A stretch of DNA of 64,000 bases from Candidatus Undivivens industriae (lineage in GTDB: Bacteria > Omnitrophota > Gorgyraeia > Gygaellales > Profunditerraquicolaceae). The notes under the pieces were generated by a model. The model was not told the origin of the DNA and ran no database searches. It worked only from the letters and a program-made list of their open reading frames with translations. The position numbers and the translations under genes were made by a program. Location of the stretch: positions 7,479-71,478 of the forward strand of contig JAAYZR010000015.1 in assembly GCA_012514745.1 (NCBI GenBank), written 5' to 3'. Numbering within the stretch: position 1 is the stretch's first letter; every line of letters starts with the position of its first letter. Positions 27,893-37,910 of this stretch are shown here, piece by piece.

Positions 27893-30300
27893 TAGAACCC
27901 GTGGCTCATATTGAAATGGAACCTGCCGTCGCCTCTCGAGTCCTCCCCCGAAGCCTTGTTGAGCGGGATACCGTAATCAAGCATGATCGGGCCGATAGGC
28001 GTCTTGATGCGGAAGCCTATACCAGTGCCTGCTTTCAACCCGCCGCTGCCCAATTCGTTGGCTTTTTCCCAAACATTGCCGATATCGTAGAAAAACGCCA
28101 CGCGCAGGAAATTCATCAGCGGATACGTGTATTCGGCGTTGGCAACCATTATCGCCTGACCGCCCTTAGGGTCATCATTTCCGTAGTGCGGGCCGATCTT
28201 GCGTTCCTTGTAGCCGCGGATGGTGTTGGCGCCTCCGGCGAAGTATCTTTCGTAGATCGGCACGCTGGTGCTGTCGTCATAAGGCTTAGCCACGCCCGTG
28301 CGCAGCCTTAATTCTATCACCGACTTCATGAACAGCGGCTGATAATGCGACATCCTCAAGAAAAGCTTGTAGAAATCTTTGTCTCCTCCGAACGGGCCGC
28401 CGGCGACGTCTATAGTGCCGCTGACAAGGTCCCCCCTGCGCGGGTCGAACACATTGTCCCTGCTGTCGTAGGTGAGGCCGTAACTCGTGCTACTGATATC
28501 ATATTTCCCCATTTCTTCTTCTACAAATTCTGTGTTTTTATTTAAGTCGTCGCTGGGATTACTGATCTTGATCTGCTCATACTTATACATCACGCTGCCC
28601 TTGAGATACTCGCTCAACTCCTTAGTCAGGCGCAGGTCGCCGCCGGTGACGTCTTCATCGTAGCCGTAACCGGAGTCGGAATCGCGCTCGTGCGTGCGCT
28701 TGTAAATATCGAAACCGAAAGAAACCGGATAATCGAATATCCAGGGCTGGGTAAAGCTAAGTTCATATCCCTGGGTCAGGCTGCCGATAGAGGCCCTGAT
28801 CTTCAAGTCCTGCCCGCCGCCGGTGAAATAGGGGAAATTCTTCCAGTCGAAATTCCGCTGTTCTATCTCCACGAAACCGATGAATTGGTCCACGCTGCTG
28901 TAGCCGCCGCCGAAGCTGAACATACCGGTCTTCGACTCTTTCACATCCACCACCAGGTCTTTGCGGTTAGGGACATCGGTATCATCGGTATCGTAGCTGA
29001 TCTCTTCGAAAAACCCGAGGTTCTGCAGCCTTTCCTTGCTCCTGCGCAGCTTGTCTCCGTCGAAACGGTCGCCGGGATGTATCCGCAGTTCACGACGGAT
29101 GACAATATCCCTGGTCTTGACGTTGCCGCGTATCTTGATCTTGTTCACGTAGGCGATATCGTTCTCGACTATACGGTAAAGGATATCCACGTTGCCGTTT
29201 ACCAGGCTTAAGGACGTGCTTTCCAGCACCCCGGCAAAGATGTAGCCTTTGTCGAAATACAGACCTTGGATGGAAGCGATATCTTCGTGCATCCCCTCCT
29301 GGCTGAACACCTTGCCCGGCGCGCAAACCTTGATCCTCTCCATTATGTCTTTCTGCGCGATCTCTTTGTTCCCTTCTACCTTCACGGAACCCACGAAATA
29401 TTTCCTGCCCTCGTTTATGGTGACTATGACCGACAGGGTATTACGGTGTTTGTTCGGGACCACTTCGTAGGAGACCGTCATATCGGCGTAGCCGCTGCGC
29501 CTGTAGAAATCGCGCAGCCGGTCCATATCTTCCTTTATCACTTCTTCCTTAAGTATACCGGAATTGAAAAGCCAGGCTCGCCTGGTCTTCATTATCTTTA
29601 ATATCTTGCCTTTTTTGTAGGCCTTGGCGCCGCGGACGAAAATGTCCCGTATCTTGGTCCTGATGCCTTCTTCCACCTTGAAAATGACCAGCGCCTTGCC
29701 GTTTTCTTTGTTAAAATCAACGGAATATTCGACTTTAGCGCTGCTGTAGCCGCGTTTCTCGTAAAGCGCCTTCAACGTCGCGCTGTCATCGGTCAATGTC
29801 GGATGGTCGAGATACTGCGCTTCTTTGGACTTTATCATCCCTTTAAGCTTATCCTCTTTCATACGAAGGGTTTTTACCCCTGAAAAAGAGATTTTTTCTA
29901 TAAGCGGACGCTCGTTGACTGTTATCACGAGCTTGAGCCCGCCGTTATAAGGCTTGACGTCGGTATTGATATCACTGAAAAATCCCAGCAGATACAGCCT
30001 CTTGATATCGTCGCTTACAACGTTCTCCTGGTAAAGGCCGCCGACTTTCGTTTTTATTTTGGCTATTATGGTATTGGTGCTGATGGTCTTGTTGCCGGCG
30101 ACTTCTATTGCAGTAACCTTGGAATCCGGGGATATTGTCGGAGAGTTCTCTGCCGGGGGAAGCGCTGCGGCCGGAGAAGGAGCGGCCTGCGAAACGCCGC
30201 TGCCGGCAGACTGAGAATCCTGCGCGAATACGGCGGCCGCCGTGAAAAAGACGAGAACAAAAGGTATTGCCCGGAATACATTCTTATGCGTCATATTCAA
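27892..30300 (-). CDS. bamA: Outer membrane protein assembly factor BamA
   Basis: 802 aa with a signal peptide, POTRA repeats and a C-terminal 16-strand barrel ending in an aromatic residue (…HGF). Confidence 0.9.
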   Translation of the reverse strand: MNMTHKNVFRAIPFVLVFFTAAAVFAQDSQSAGSGVSQAAPSPAAALPPAENSPTISPDSKVTAIEVAGNKTISTNTIIAKIKTKVGGLYQENVVSDDIKRLYLLGFFSDINTDVKPYNGGLKLVITVNERPLIEKISFSGVKTLRMKEDKLKGMIKSKEAQYLDHPTLTDDSATLKALYEKRGYSSAKVEYSVDFNKENGKALVIFKVEEGIRTKIRDIFVRGAKAYKKGKILKIMKTRRAWLFNSGILKEEVIKEDMDRLRDFYRRSGYADMTVSYEVVPNKHRNTLSVIVTINEGRKYFVGSVKVEGNKEIAQKDIMERIKVCAPGKVFSQEGMHEDIASIQGLYFDKGYIFAGVLESTSLSLVNGNVDILYRIVENDIAYVNKIKIRGNVKTRDIVIRRELRIHPGDRFDGDKLRRSKERLQNLGFFEEISYDTDDTDVPNRKDLVVDVKESKTGMFSFGGGYSSVDQFIGFVEIEQRNFDWKNFPYFTGGGQDLKIRASIGSLTQGYELSFTQPWIFDYPVSFGFDIYKRTHERDSDSGYGYDEDVTGGDLRLTKELSEYLKGSVMYKYEQIKISNPSDDLNKNTEFVEEEMGKYDISSTSYGLTYDSRDNVFDPRRGDLVSGTIDVAGGPFGGDKDFYKLFLRMSHYQPLFMKSVIELRLRTGVAKPYDDSTSVPIYERYFAGGANTIRGYKERKIGPHYGNDDPKGGQAIMVANAEYTYPLMNFLRVAFFYDIGNVWEKANELGSGGLKAGTGIGFRIKTPIGPIMLDYGIPLNKASGEDSRGDGRFHFNMSHGF

Positions 30301-30422
30301 AGTGGGATTTTATACCGCATACACGTTGATCCCGGCCGCATCACCGTCTCAAAATACACGGCCGCAACAATTTGTTTCAGTATAACACACCGCGTTCAAA
30401 AAGCAATAGAAAAATCTTTTGC

Positions 30423-30475
30423 TTCCGGGGACACAATACTTAATTATAATAATTAAGTATTGTGTCCCCGGAATT
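30423..30475. repeat. REPIN (5-bp spacer) at the dnaB 3′ end
   Basis: Forward copy 30423..30445, inverted copy 30451..30475. The dnaB stop TAA is at 30474..30476. Confidence 0.9.
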
Positions 30476-31820
30476 AAAACTCTACCCTGGCGTAATTTTC
30501 AAAACGGGTATATTCTTTTATAAAGGAGAGTTTGACCGATCCGACCGGGCCGTTGCGTTGTTTGGCGACTATGATTTCGGCGATACCTTGATTTTCCGGG
30601 GTGGGATTATAATATTCTTCCCTGAGAATAAGCACCACCACGTCCGCGTCCTGCTCGATGGCTCCCGATTCCCTCAAATCCGATAACTGCGGGCGGTGAT
30701 CGTCGCGGCGCTCCACGGCGCGCGAAAGCTGGCTGATGGCGATAACCGGCACGTTCAGCTCTCTGGCCAGCGCCTTCAAAGAACGCGATATCTCGGATAT
30801 CTCCTGCTGTCGGCTCTCGTCCGAACCGCTGCCGCTGCCGCGCATCAACTGCAGGTAATCCAGGATTATAAACTGGATATCATGGTGAGCCTTGAGCCTG
30901 CGCGCCTTGGCGCGCAGTTCCATTACCGAAATGCCCGGGGTATCGTCGATATAGATGGGCGCCTCGGAAAGCCGTCCGGCGGCCGCGGTGAGTTTGGGCC
31001 AGTCGGACGCGGAAAGGTATCCGGTCCTGACCTTATGGGCGTCAACCCTGGCGTGAGAACAAAGCATCCTTTGCACGAGCTGTTCTTTGGACATTTCCAG
31101 GCTGAATATAGCGGTGGGCACTTTGGCGGACACCCCGGCGTATTCGGCCATAGACAAAGCCAAAGCGCTCTTCCCCATGGAAGGGCGCGCAGCCACGATC
31201 ACCAGATCGGACGCCTGCATACCGGAGGTTATCGTGTCGAAATCCAGGAAACCGGTGGGGATACCGGTGACATGCGCCTTCTTCTGGTAGAGGCGGTCGA
31301 TATTCTCTATGCTGTCCTTGATGATCTCTTTCAGGTGGATGGCGCTTCCCCGGTGGCGGCGGTCGCTCACTTCGAAGATGAGTTTCTCGGCGTTATCGAC
31401 CAGCTCGCGGACGTTCCCCTCGTTCTCGTAACAGGAGGAGATGATGCGTGTGGCGCTGCTGATCAGCCCGCGCAGAACGCTTTTATCGCGCACTATCCCG
31501 CTGTAATGACGGATATTGGCCGCGCTCGGCACCGCATTGACCATAGACGCCAGATAACTGGCCCCGCCGGTCTCCTCGAGTATCCCCTTGCGGCGCAGTT
31601 CGTCTGTCAGCGTGATAAGATCAACCGCCTTGTTGACGTTGAAAAGATCCAGTATGGTTTCGAATATCTTGCGGTGGGAATCTTTATAGAAACATTCTTT
31701 GCCGAGGTGCTCCGCGGCGACCGCTATCGCCTCTTCATCCATAAGCATGGAACCGAGGACAGCCATTTCGGCGTCCAGGTTCTGCGGCGGGAGTTTCTCG
31801 ATGGAACTTTCCGTAGGCAT
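30474..31820 (-). CDS. dnaB: Replicative DNA helicase
   Basis: Walker A GKS/T motif (ARPSMGKSALALS) and a DnaB N-terminal domain (LPPQNLDAEMAVLGSML). The start is probably ATG 31820. The stop abuts a REPIN. Confidence 0.9.
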   Translation of the reverse strand: MPTESSIEKLPPQNLDAEMAVLGSMLMDEEAIAVAAEHLGKECFYKDSHRKIFETILDLFNVNKAVDLITLTDELRRKGILEETGGASYLASMVNAVPSAANIRHYSGIVRDKSVLRGLISSATRIISSCYENEGNVRELVDNAEKLIFEVSDRRHRGSAIHLKEIIKDSIENIDRLYQKKAHVTGIPTGFLDFDTITSGMQASDLVIVAARPSMGKSALALSMAEYAGVSAKVPTAIFSLEMSKEQLVQRMLCSHARVDAHKVRTGYLSASDWPKLTAAAGRLSEAPIYIDDTPGISVMELRAKARRLKAHHDIQFIILDYLQLMRGSGSGSDESRQQEISEISRSLKALARELNVPVIAISQLSRAVERRDDHRPQLSDLRESGAIEQDADVVVLILREEYYNPTPENQGIAEIIVAKQRNGPVGSVKLSFIKEYTRFENYARVEF

Positions 31821-31935
31821 GGTTTTACAAAATGGGACGAAAGCCGAAGGATGAAGCGCGGGGCGCGCGAACCGCGACGAAGAGCGAAGAGCATCTCTTT
31901 CGTCCTTCATTCCTCATCATTAGTCTTTCATTCAA

Positions 31936-32379
31936 TCACTTTTTGACCACCCATACCTTGACCTTACCTTCGACTTCAGGGTGGAGTTTGACCGGCACTT
32001 CGTAGATCCCGAGGGCCCTGATAGGCTCCTCGAGCAGTATGTCGCTCTTCTGCAGGATAATGCCCTCGTCTTTCAAGGCCTGCAGGATATCCACGGAGGA
32101 GATACCGGCGTACAGTTTATCGTCCTCCTGCGTGAGCACCGGCATGGTCAAAGAGAGAGCCTCAAGGCGCGCGCGCGTCTTCTCGGCTTCATTCTTCAAG
32201 GCCTCCAGTTCTTTGGCCTTTCTCTTCATTTTCGCTTCCAGCGCCTTCAGGTTTCCCGGAGTGGAAGGAACCGCCAGCTTCCTGGGGAACAGAAAATTAC
32301 GGGCGAACCCGTCTTTCACGTTAACCATAGTCCCCAGTTTGCCGATTTTCTCGATATTATCGGTAAGTATCACTTTCAT
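31936..32379 (-). CDS. rplI: 50S ribosomal protein L9
   Basis: MKVILTDNIEKIGKLGTMVNVKDGFARNFLFPRKLA. Confidence 0.9.
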   Translation of the reverse strand: MKVILTDNIEKIGKLGTMVNVKDGFARNFLFPRKLAVPSTPGNLKALEAKMKRKAKELEALKNEAEKTRARLEALSLTMPVLTQEDDKLYAGISSVDILQALKDEGIILQKSDILLEEPIRALGIYEVPVKLHPEVEGKVKVWVVKK

Positions 32380-32380
32380 T

Positions 32381-32650
32381 TTAAGCCCTCGAATAAGGTA
32401 ACAGGGCCAGGAACCTCGCCCTTTTGATTGCGGTCACAAGTCTCCTCTGATGCTTGGCGCAATTCCCCGAGAGACGGCTGGAAACAATCTTGCCCCTGTC
32501 CCTCATGAAGAATTCAAGCCTCTTGATGTCTTTGTAATCTATGTTTTCCATCTTGTCGGCGCAGAAACGGCAGATCCTCTTGCGGCCGGAAGAACCGGAA
32601 TCCTTTCTTCTCTTGTTTCTGTTAGGCGTTTTCCTGATTTTCTCTTTCAT
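32381..32650 (-). CDS. rpsR: 30S ribosomal protein S18
   Basis: …CRFC…[43 protein letters not shown]…. Confidence 0.9.
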   Translation of the reverse strand: MKEKIRKTPNRNKRRKDSGSSGRKRICRFCADKMENIDYKDIKRLEFFMRDRGKIVSSRLSGNCAKHQRRLVTAIKRARFLALLPYSRA

Positions 32651-33071
32651 TGAACTTCTCCTCGCTTTCTCCCATCCATTCAGCTTCAGTGGAATGTTCC
32701 ATATTAGTCTCTGCCGGCGCCGCCGCTCCGTCCCTGGCCCCGCCTCCGCCGAGGAATTGCACCCGCTCGGCCCTCACTTCTATCGTGCTGCGTTTTTGCC
32801 CGCTGGCGTCTTCCCAGGAACGCGACTGCAGGCGCCCCTCGATGAAAACCGGACTGCCTTTGCGCAGATACTGATTGCAAGTCTCGGCCTGCTTATCCCA
32901 GACTACCGCCGTCACGAAACAGGTCTCTTCTTTTAATTCCTGGTTCCTGTCCTTGAACCTGCGGTTGACCGCCAGGCGAAGGTTGACCACTCCGGTCCCC
33001 TGCGGGGTATAACGCAACTCCGGATCCTTGGTCAGATTACCGATAAGAAACACCCGGTTAAAATTAGCCAT
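32622..33071 (-). CDS. ssb: Single-stranded DNA-binding protein
   Basis: [22 protein letters not shown]… OB-fold, with a Gly-rich, acidic C-terminal tail. Confidence 0.9.
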   Translation of the reverse strand: MANFNRVFLIGNLTKDPELRYTPQGTGVVNLRLAVNRRFKDRNQELKEETCFVTAVVWDKQAETCNQYLRKGSPVFIEGRLQSRSWEDASGQKRSTIEVRAERVQFLGGGGARDGAAAPAETNMEHSTEAEWMGESEEKFNERENQENA

Positions 33072-33104
33072 ATCGCATCCTCCCCCGCCCGGCTAGAAAA
33101 GCAA

Positions 33105-33398
33105 TTACTTGCTCTCATGCACGGTTATAAGCGTCCTCAACACGTTATCGTTCAGTTTATACACCCCTAGTATCTTTTCTACAGCCCCGGGTGCAGCCGA
33201 GAAATCGATCAGATAATAAACGCCCTCCGCGTGCTTCTTGATGGGGAACTGCAGTTTCTTGCGCTCGGCCCAGACTCCCGCCTGCGCCACGGTACCCGTG
33301 TTTGCGGTTATCGTATCCGTAAGCTGCGCCAGAACGGCCTTCCTCTCGTCTTCGGAAAGTTCCGGCTTCATAATCACCATAGCTTCATACTTATTCAT
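33105..33398 (-). CDS. rpsF: 30S ribosomal protein S6
   Basis: MNKYEAMVIMKPELSEDE…, in the rpsF-ssb-rpsR-rplI order. Confidence 0.85.
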   Translation of the reverse strand: MNKYEAMVIMKPELSEDERKAVLAQLTDTITANTGTVAQAGVWAERKKLQFPIKKHAEGVYYLIDFSAAPGAVEKILGVYKLNDNVLRTLITVHESK

Positions 33399-33448
33399 CC
33401 TGTCTTGCTCCTTTTCTATTCTTACTGTTATCCGGCCCCGCCTGGCTG

Positions 33449-33478
33449 AGGTAAAACCGGCTTAAGACCCCGGGATTT
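33449..33478 (+). repeat. Third copy of the CCGGGATTTCCTGGCGGAGGGGATTGAAA module, between rpsF and pth
   Basis: Compare 14070..14098 and 49401..49429 (inverted). Confidence 0.6.
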
Positions 33479-34049
33479 CCTGGCGGAGGGGATTGAAACG
33501 ATTCATCGCCTTCTCCGTTCCTTCCGTAAGCCAAGTCTTGCAACACTCTATAGCCGTCTCCAGTACTCCCGGCAGGGAGCCCTTTTCAAACGGACCGAAT
33601 TTCTCAAGAACGTATACGGCAGCGTCGGTCCCGGCGGACGGCCTGCCTATTCCCATCCGCAGACGGCAGAAGTCTCCATTCCCCAGGGATTCGATTATCG
33701 AAGCTATCCCCTTATGCCCTCCGGAGGACCCGCCGCGCTTGATCCGAAGCGTCCCGAAATCGAAATCCATATCGTCGCAGACGACCAGAAGTTCGTAACC
33801 GCCCTTGCCGTATTTGGCGGCCATGGCCTTCACCGCGCGCCCCGATAAGTTCATATACGTGTACGGCAAGCCCAGGACGACTTCCTCTCCGCAGAAAGTT
33901 CCGCGGGCGATAAATGAATACACGCCGCTGTCCCGCCTGAAAGACAGTCCGGCCTCGCATCCCAGCGCCTGCACCAGAAAGTTACCCAGGTTATGCCTGG
34001 TATTCACGTATTCTTTCCCGGGATTCCCCAGGCCGACGATGAATTTCAT
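33462..34049 (-). CDS. pth: Peptidyl-tRNA hydrolase
   Basis: MKFIVGLGNPGKEY…TRHNLG…. Confidence 0.9.
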   Translation of the reverse strand: MKFIVGLGNPGKEYVNTRHNLGNFLVQALGCEAGLSFRRDSGVYSFIARGTFCGEEVVLGLPYTYMNLSGRAVKAMAAKYGKGGYELLVVCDDMDFDFGTLRIKRGGSSGGHKGIASIIESLGNGDFCRLRMGIGRPSAGTDAAVYVLEKFGPFEKGSLPGVLETAIECCKTWLTEGTEKAMNRFNPLRQEIPGS

Positions 34050-34053
34050 CGGT

Positions 34054-34734
34054 TTACTTCTTCTCTTTGTCCTTGGATTCTTCCGCGGGCGTTTCTTTTT
34101 TCTCTTTTATGACTTCCGGCTCGGCCTTCGCTTCACCCTCCGCCGCCGCTTCTTCCTCCGCCGCCTGCACCGTCGGAGCCGCGACCGTGAAGAGCACGCT
34201 TTCCGGTTCGGTCAGGGCCTTTACCCCGGACGGAAGATTCAGATCCTTGACGTGTATGGATTCGCCGAGTTTCAGTCCGCTGATGTCCACTTCTATCTTT
34301 TCAGGGATATCGGTAGGAAGACACTCTACCTCTATTTCCCAGAGGATATGCTCCAGCGACCCGCCTTCCTGCTTTACACCCGCAGGTTCGCCGTTACCGA
34401 TGATCGGCACGTTCAAACGCAGTTTTTTGTCCATCGAAATAGAGTTGAAATCGACGTGGATGATATCCCCGTGCAGCGGATCCAGCTGTATGTCTTTCAT
34501 AAGACAGGGCTTTTCCGCCTCGCCTTCTATCTTCAAGGTCACGAGCGCATTCTCCAGCCTGTGTTTATGCACCAGGTCGAAAAGCTGGCGCATGGAGACC
34601 TGCACGGAGCGCCCTTCCTTGCCTTCTCCGTAAATGACCGCCGGAATAAAACCTTTATCGCGGAGCGCCTTGACCTTGCTCCTGCCGGTCTCGGCCCTGA
34701 CCTCGACGTTAAGAAACATTTTTTCCATTACCAC
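34054..34734 (-). CDS. rplY: 50S ribosomal protein L25 / general stress protein Ctc
   Basis: N-terminal L25 domain (RAETGRSKVKALRDKGFIPAVIYG) plus a Ctc-type C-terminal extension with an acidic/K-rich tail. Confidence 0.85.
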   Translation of the reverse strand: MVMEKMFLNVEVRAETGRSKVKALRDKGFIPAVIYGEGKEGRSVQVSMRQLFDLVHKHRLENALVTLKIEGEAEKPCLMKDIQLDPLHGDIIHVDFNSISMDKKLRLNVPIIGNGEPAGVKQEGGSLEHILWEIEVECLPTDIPEKIEVDISGLKLGESIHVKDLNLPSGVKALTEPESVLFTVAAPTVQAAEEEAAAEGEAKAEPEVIKEKKETPAEESKDKEKK

Positions 34735-34858
34735 TACCTCTCTTCCTTATGCAGTACTGCCTTGTGCTTGAATACCGGAGTAAAGCCCGCCGCGGCTGCC
34801 GCCCGGCGGACATTGGCCTGCTTCCGCTGATCGGCGGCCTGGACGCTCGGGGGAAACT

Positions 34859-35797
34859 CTAATCGAACAGAGAGCTTACCGACTCCTCGTTATGTATCCT
34901 TCTTATCGCCTCTCCCAATAGAGCCGCGACCGACAACGTTCTTAACCGCGGATGCGTCCTGTTACCTCCGGAGGGGATACTGTCTGTGATAACCAGTTCC
35001 TCGAGCCAGCGGCAGGCATCCAGGCGCTCCATAGCCGGACCGGAAAGCACCCCGTGGGTAATGCCCGCCCTGATCGACCTGGCTTTATGCTTATGCAATA
35101 TCTCCACTGCTTCGAAAAGCGAACTGCCGGTGGCGACCAAATCGTCTACGATAAGAACATCTTTTCCTTCCACATCGCCCAATATATGCACGACCTCGGC
35201 CTTGTCCGGCGATACCCGCCTTTTGTCTATAATTGCCAGCGACGCCATCAGCCTCTTGGCATACGACCTCGCCATTTTTATGCTGCCGACATCGGGAGAT
35301 ACCACCACGACATTCTGTAATCCCAGGCTCTGAATGTAATCTATGAAAACCCCCACGGCGAACAGATGGTCCACCGGGATATCGAAAAATCCCTGTATCT
35401 GCCCGGCGTGCAGGTCCATTGTCAGCACCCTGTTTGCCCCGGCGGTTGTCAAAAGATTAGCCACGAGCTTGGCGCTGATGGGAACGCGCGGCTGGTCTTT
35501 CCTATCCTGCCTGGCGTAACCGAAATAAGGCATCACCGTGGTTATGCGCTGGCTGGATGCCCTCTTGAGGGCATCGATCATCACCAGCAGCTCTACCAGG
35601 TTCTCATTCACCGGAGGGCACGTCGGCTGAACGATAAAAACGTCCTTGCCCCGGATATTGTCGTTTATCTTTACCCTTACCTCGCCCTCGCTGAATCTGC
35701 CTACCATCGCATCCGAGATATCTATCTTGAGGTAATTGCAGATGTTCTTAGCCAGTTCAGGATGAGCGTTACCGGTGAATACCGCGAGTTTATTCAT
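34859..35797 (-). CDS. prs: Ribose-phosphate pyrophosphokinase
   Basis: 312 aa with the PRPP-binding motif DLVATGSSL and an N-terminal Prs domain. Confidence 0.9.
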   Translation of the reverse strand: MNKLAVFTGNAHPELAKNICNYLKIDISDAMVGRFSEGEVRVKINDNIRGKDVFIVQPTCPPVNENLVELLVMIDALKRASSQRITTVMPYFGYARQDRKDQPRVPISAKLVANLLTTAGANRVLTMDLHAGQIQGFFDIPVDHLFAVGVFIDYIQSLGLQNVVVVSPDVGSIKMARSYAKRLMASLAIIDKRRVSPDKAEVVHILGDVEGKDVLIVDDLVATGSSLFEAVEILHKHKARSIRAGITHGVLSGPAMERLDACRWLEELVITDSIPSGGNRTHPRLRTLSVAALLGEAIRRIHNEESVSSLFD

Positions 35798-35886
35798 CTC
35801 TCTCCGATTCCTCCGTATGGCAAAAAAAACTTGGTCTTGGAATGAAGTCTCCCCGGCTTGAACGCCGGGGATCTCTGCGCCGCGAT

Positions 35887-37155
35887 TTACCGCCGCTTAC
35901 TCCTGTTCAAAACCCTCGCCGGCACTCCCGCCACCACTCCTCCGTCCGGGACGCTGCGCCCCCTGGTGACTACGGAACCGGCGCCGGTTTTCGCGCCCCT
36001 GCCTACGCGGACCGGGGCGATCAACACCGTGTCCGAACCGATGAAGGCGTTATCTCCTATCACCGTATTGTGCTTATTGGCGCCGTCAAAATTAGCGGTC
36101 ACCGTTCCGGCGCCGATATTGGCGCCGCGCCCGACGCGCGTATCGCCAAGATAGGAGAAATGCTTCACAAAAACGTTTTTTCCCACGTCGGCGCGCACCA
36201 TTTCTATAAAATTCCCGGCGCAGACATTGTCCGCCAAACGAGTCCCTTCACGCAAATGCGCAAACGGCCCTATCGAACAGTTTTTCCCGATTTTAACATC
36301 CCTTTCTATGACTGTAAAGGGATAAATAACGGTGTCTTCGCCTATCTTCGTGCCGTGATTGATGAAGACCGTCTCCGGCGCCGTCAGGCTGACGCCCTGC
36401 TTCATATAGCTCTCGTTCAGGCGCGCCTGCATTATAACGTTTGCGGCCGCCAGCTCGACTCGAGAATTGACTCCCATTCCCTCGCGATTATCCTTGAGAC
36501 GCATCCCGCCGATCGCCTTGCCCATCGAATACAATATCCCTATGCAATCGGTGAGATAATACTCTTTCTTGCGGTTACGCGGCTTTACCTTCTTCAGGCT
36601 CGCAGCCAGGCAGTCTTTGTCGAAACAGACTACCCCGGTATTGATCTCCTTGATCTCTTTCTGGTAACCGTCGGCCTCCGCCGCTTCCACGATGCCGCTT
36701 ATGGCGGAATACTCGTCCCTGACGATCCTTCCGTATTCGGCCGCGTCCTCCACCACCGCGGTCAGCACCGTGACCGCGGCCCCGCTCCTGCGGTGTTCCG
36801 CGGCCAGCTTCTTCAATGTGTCCGCCTTAAGCAAAGGCATATCGCCGTAAAGCACGATGACGTCGCCGCTAAAGTCCTTAAGCAGACCAAGCGCCTGAGA
36901 CACCGCGGAAGCCGTGCCGTTTATCTCTTTTTGCACGGCGATACGGACATTGCCGGACAGACAGGCGGCGACCTGCTCGTGCTTGTATCCCAAGACGGCC
37001 ACGCATGGTCCGGTCTTGAATTCATCGGCCTGATCCAAAACATATCCCAGCATCGGCCTGCCGCACAGAGGATGCAGCACTTTCGGCAGGCTCGAACGCA
37101 TGCGCGTGCTCTTACCGGCGGCAAGAATTATACAAGCTGTTTTCCGTGAGCTCAT
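35887..37155 (-). CDS. glmU: Bifunctional UDP-GlcNAc pyrophosphorylase / GlcN-1-P N-acetyltransferase
   Basis: N-terminus LAAGKSTRMRSSLPKVLHPL plus a C-terminal hexapeptide-repeat acetyltransferase. Confidence 0.9.
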   Translation of the reverse strand: MSSRKTACIILAAGKSTRMRSSLPKVLHPLCGRPMLGYVLDQADEFKTGPCVAVLGYKHEQVAACLSGNVRIAVQKEINGTASAVSQALGLLKDFSGDVIVLYGDMPLLKADTLKKLAAEHRRSGAAVTVLTAVVEDAAEYGRIVRDEYSAISGIVEAAEADGYQKEIKEINTGVVCFDKDCLAASLKKVKPRNRKKEYYLTDCIGILYSMGKAIGGMRLKDNREGMGVNSRVELAAANVIMQARLNESYMKQGVSLTAPETVFINHGTKIGEDTVIYPFTVIERDVKIGKNCSIGPFAHLREGTRLADNVCAGNFIEMVRADVGKNVFVKHFSYLGDTRVGRGANIGAGTVTANFDGANKHNTVIGDNAFIGSDTVLIAPVRVGRGAKTGAGSVVTRGRSVPDGGVVAGVPARVLNRSKRR

Positions 37156-37339
37156 GCTTTATTCCGGATCCAAATTAAGAGCTTTTTACCGTCATCGCGG
37201 GTTAAAGGCGAAGAACCAGGCTTCCGCCGGGAGTTTTCCTCGTCCGCCGCTGAAACACCGGCGAGACCCCGTAATCCGCCTTTTCAACTCTCTATTTTCG
37301 ACTTTCGATTCTCTATTTTTTTCGCCGGAGGCGAAAAAA

Positions 37340-37410
37340 TTGCCCGGTGAGGACTCGAACCTCAACGCTCAGACCCAAATTCTGATGTGCTACCATTACA
37401 CTACCGGGCA
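37340..37410 (-). tRNA. tRNA-Gln (anticodon TTG)
   Basis: Hand-folded: acceptor UGCCCGG/CCGGGCA, D-arm GUGU…GCAC, anticodon stem UCAGA/UCUGA with loop AUUUGGG (anticodon UUG), T-arm UGAGG-UUCGAGU-CCUCA. Confidence 0.75.
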
Positions 37411-37487
37411 GTAGGTTCGTTCCTCCGCAGTGATGCGTAAAAACGCGATTCCCCCGGGATAGGTGTATTTAAAGGCGGCTTCGGGGT

Positions 37488-37910
37488 TTATTCGACGCTG
37501 AATTCCTGATCCGCGCGCATTCCTGTGCCGTCCCGTCTCCTCTCCTGCTCATAGATATCCAATATCTTCTTCTGGAGATATTCCCTGAAGGATTGAGTAA
37601 TGGGATGGGCTATATCTTTATGTTCCGACTGAGCCCCGCCGGCCGCGTCGGTTTCCGCCGGAGCGGAGGTAAAAGGCAGCTGCGCTCCGCACTGGTTGCA
37701 ATATTTACTGCGAATTTCATTCTTGAAACCGCATTTCGGGCAGGCGAATTTAAGCTTACGCGACGGCATGGCGATGAAAACACCGTTATTGCCCTCTATA
37801 ACCTTGATATTCCTGACAACGAACGCGTTATCAAAAGTTACCGTGGCATAAGCCTTGAGCTTCTTGTCGGGCGAGTCTTTCAGGAAGACTCTTACTTCGG
37901 TGATCTCCAT
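37488..37910 (-). CDS. spoVG: SpoVG-family protein with an inserted C4 zinc-ribbon
   Basis: [13 protein letters not shown]…[34 protein letters not shown] is the SpoVG core. It is followed by CPKC…CNQC. Confidence 0.8.
   Translation of the reverse strand: MEITEVRVFLKDSPDKKLKAYATVTFDNAFVVRNIKVIEGNNGVFIAMPSRKLKFACPKCGFKNEIRSKYCNQCGAQLPFTSAPAETDAAGGAQSEHKDIAHPITQSFREYLQKKILDIYEQERRRDGTGMRADQEFSVE

Noticed and set aside
30696-31946. 416-aa plus-strand ORF
   Set aside because: It is antisense to dnaB. It has no motifs and a biased composition.
35842-37149. 435-aa plus-strand ORF
   Set aside because: It is antisense to glmU.
37296-37347. Hairpin TTTTTTCGCC-TCC-GGCGAAAAAAA immediately 3′ of tRNA-Gln as an intrinsic terminator
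   Set aside because: The U-tract lies 5′ of the hairpin on the tRNA strand, not 3′, so it does not have canonical intrinsic-terminator geometry. The adjacent TTTCGATTCTC-type repeats suggest it belongs to the family-2-related repeat material instead.
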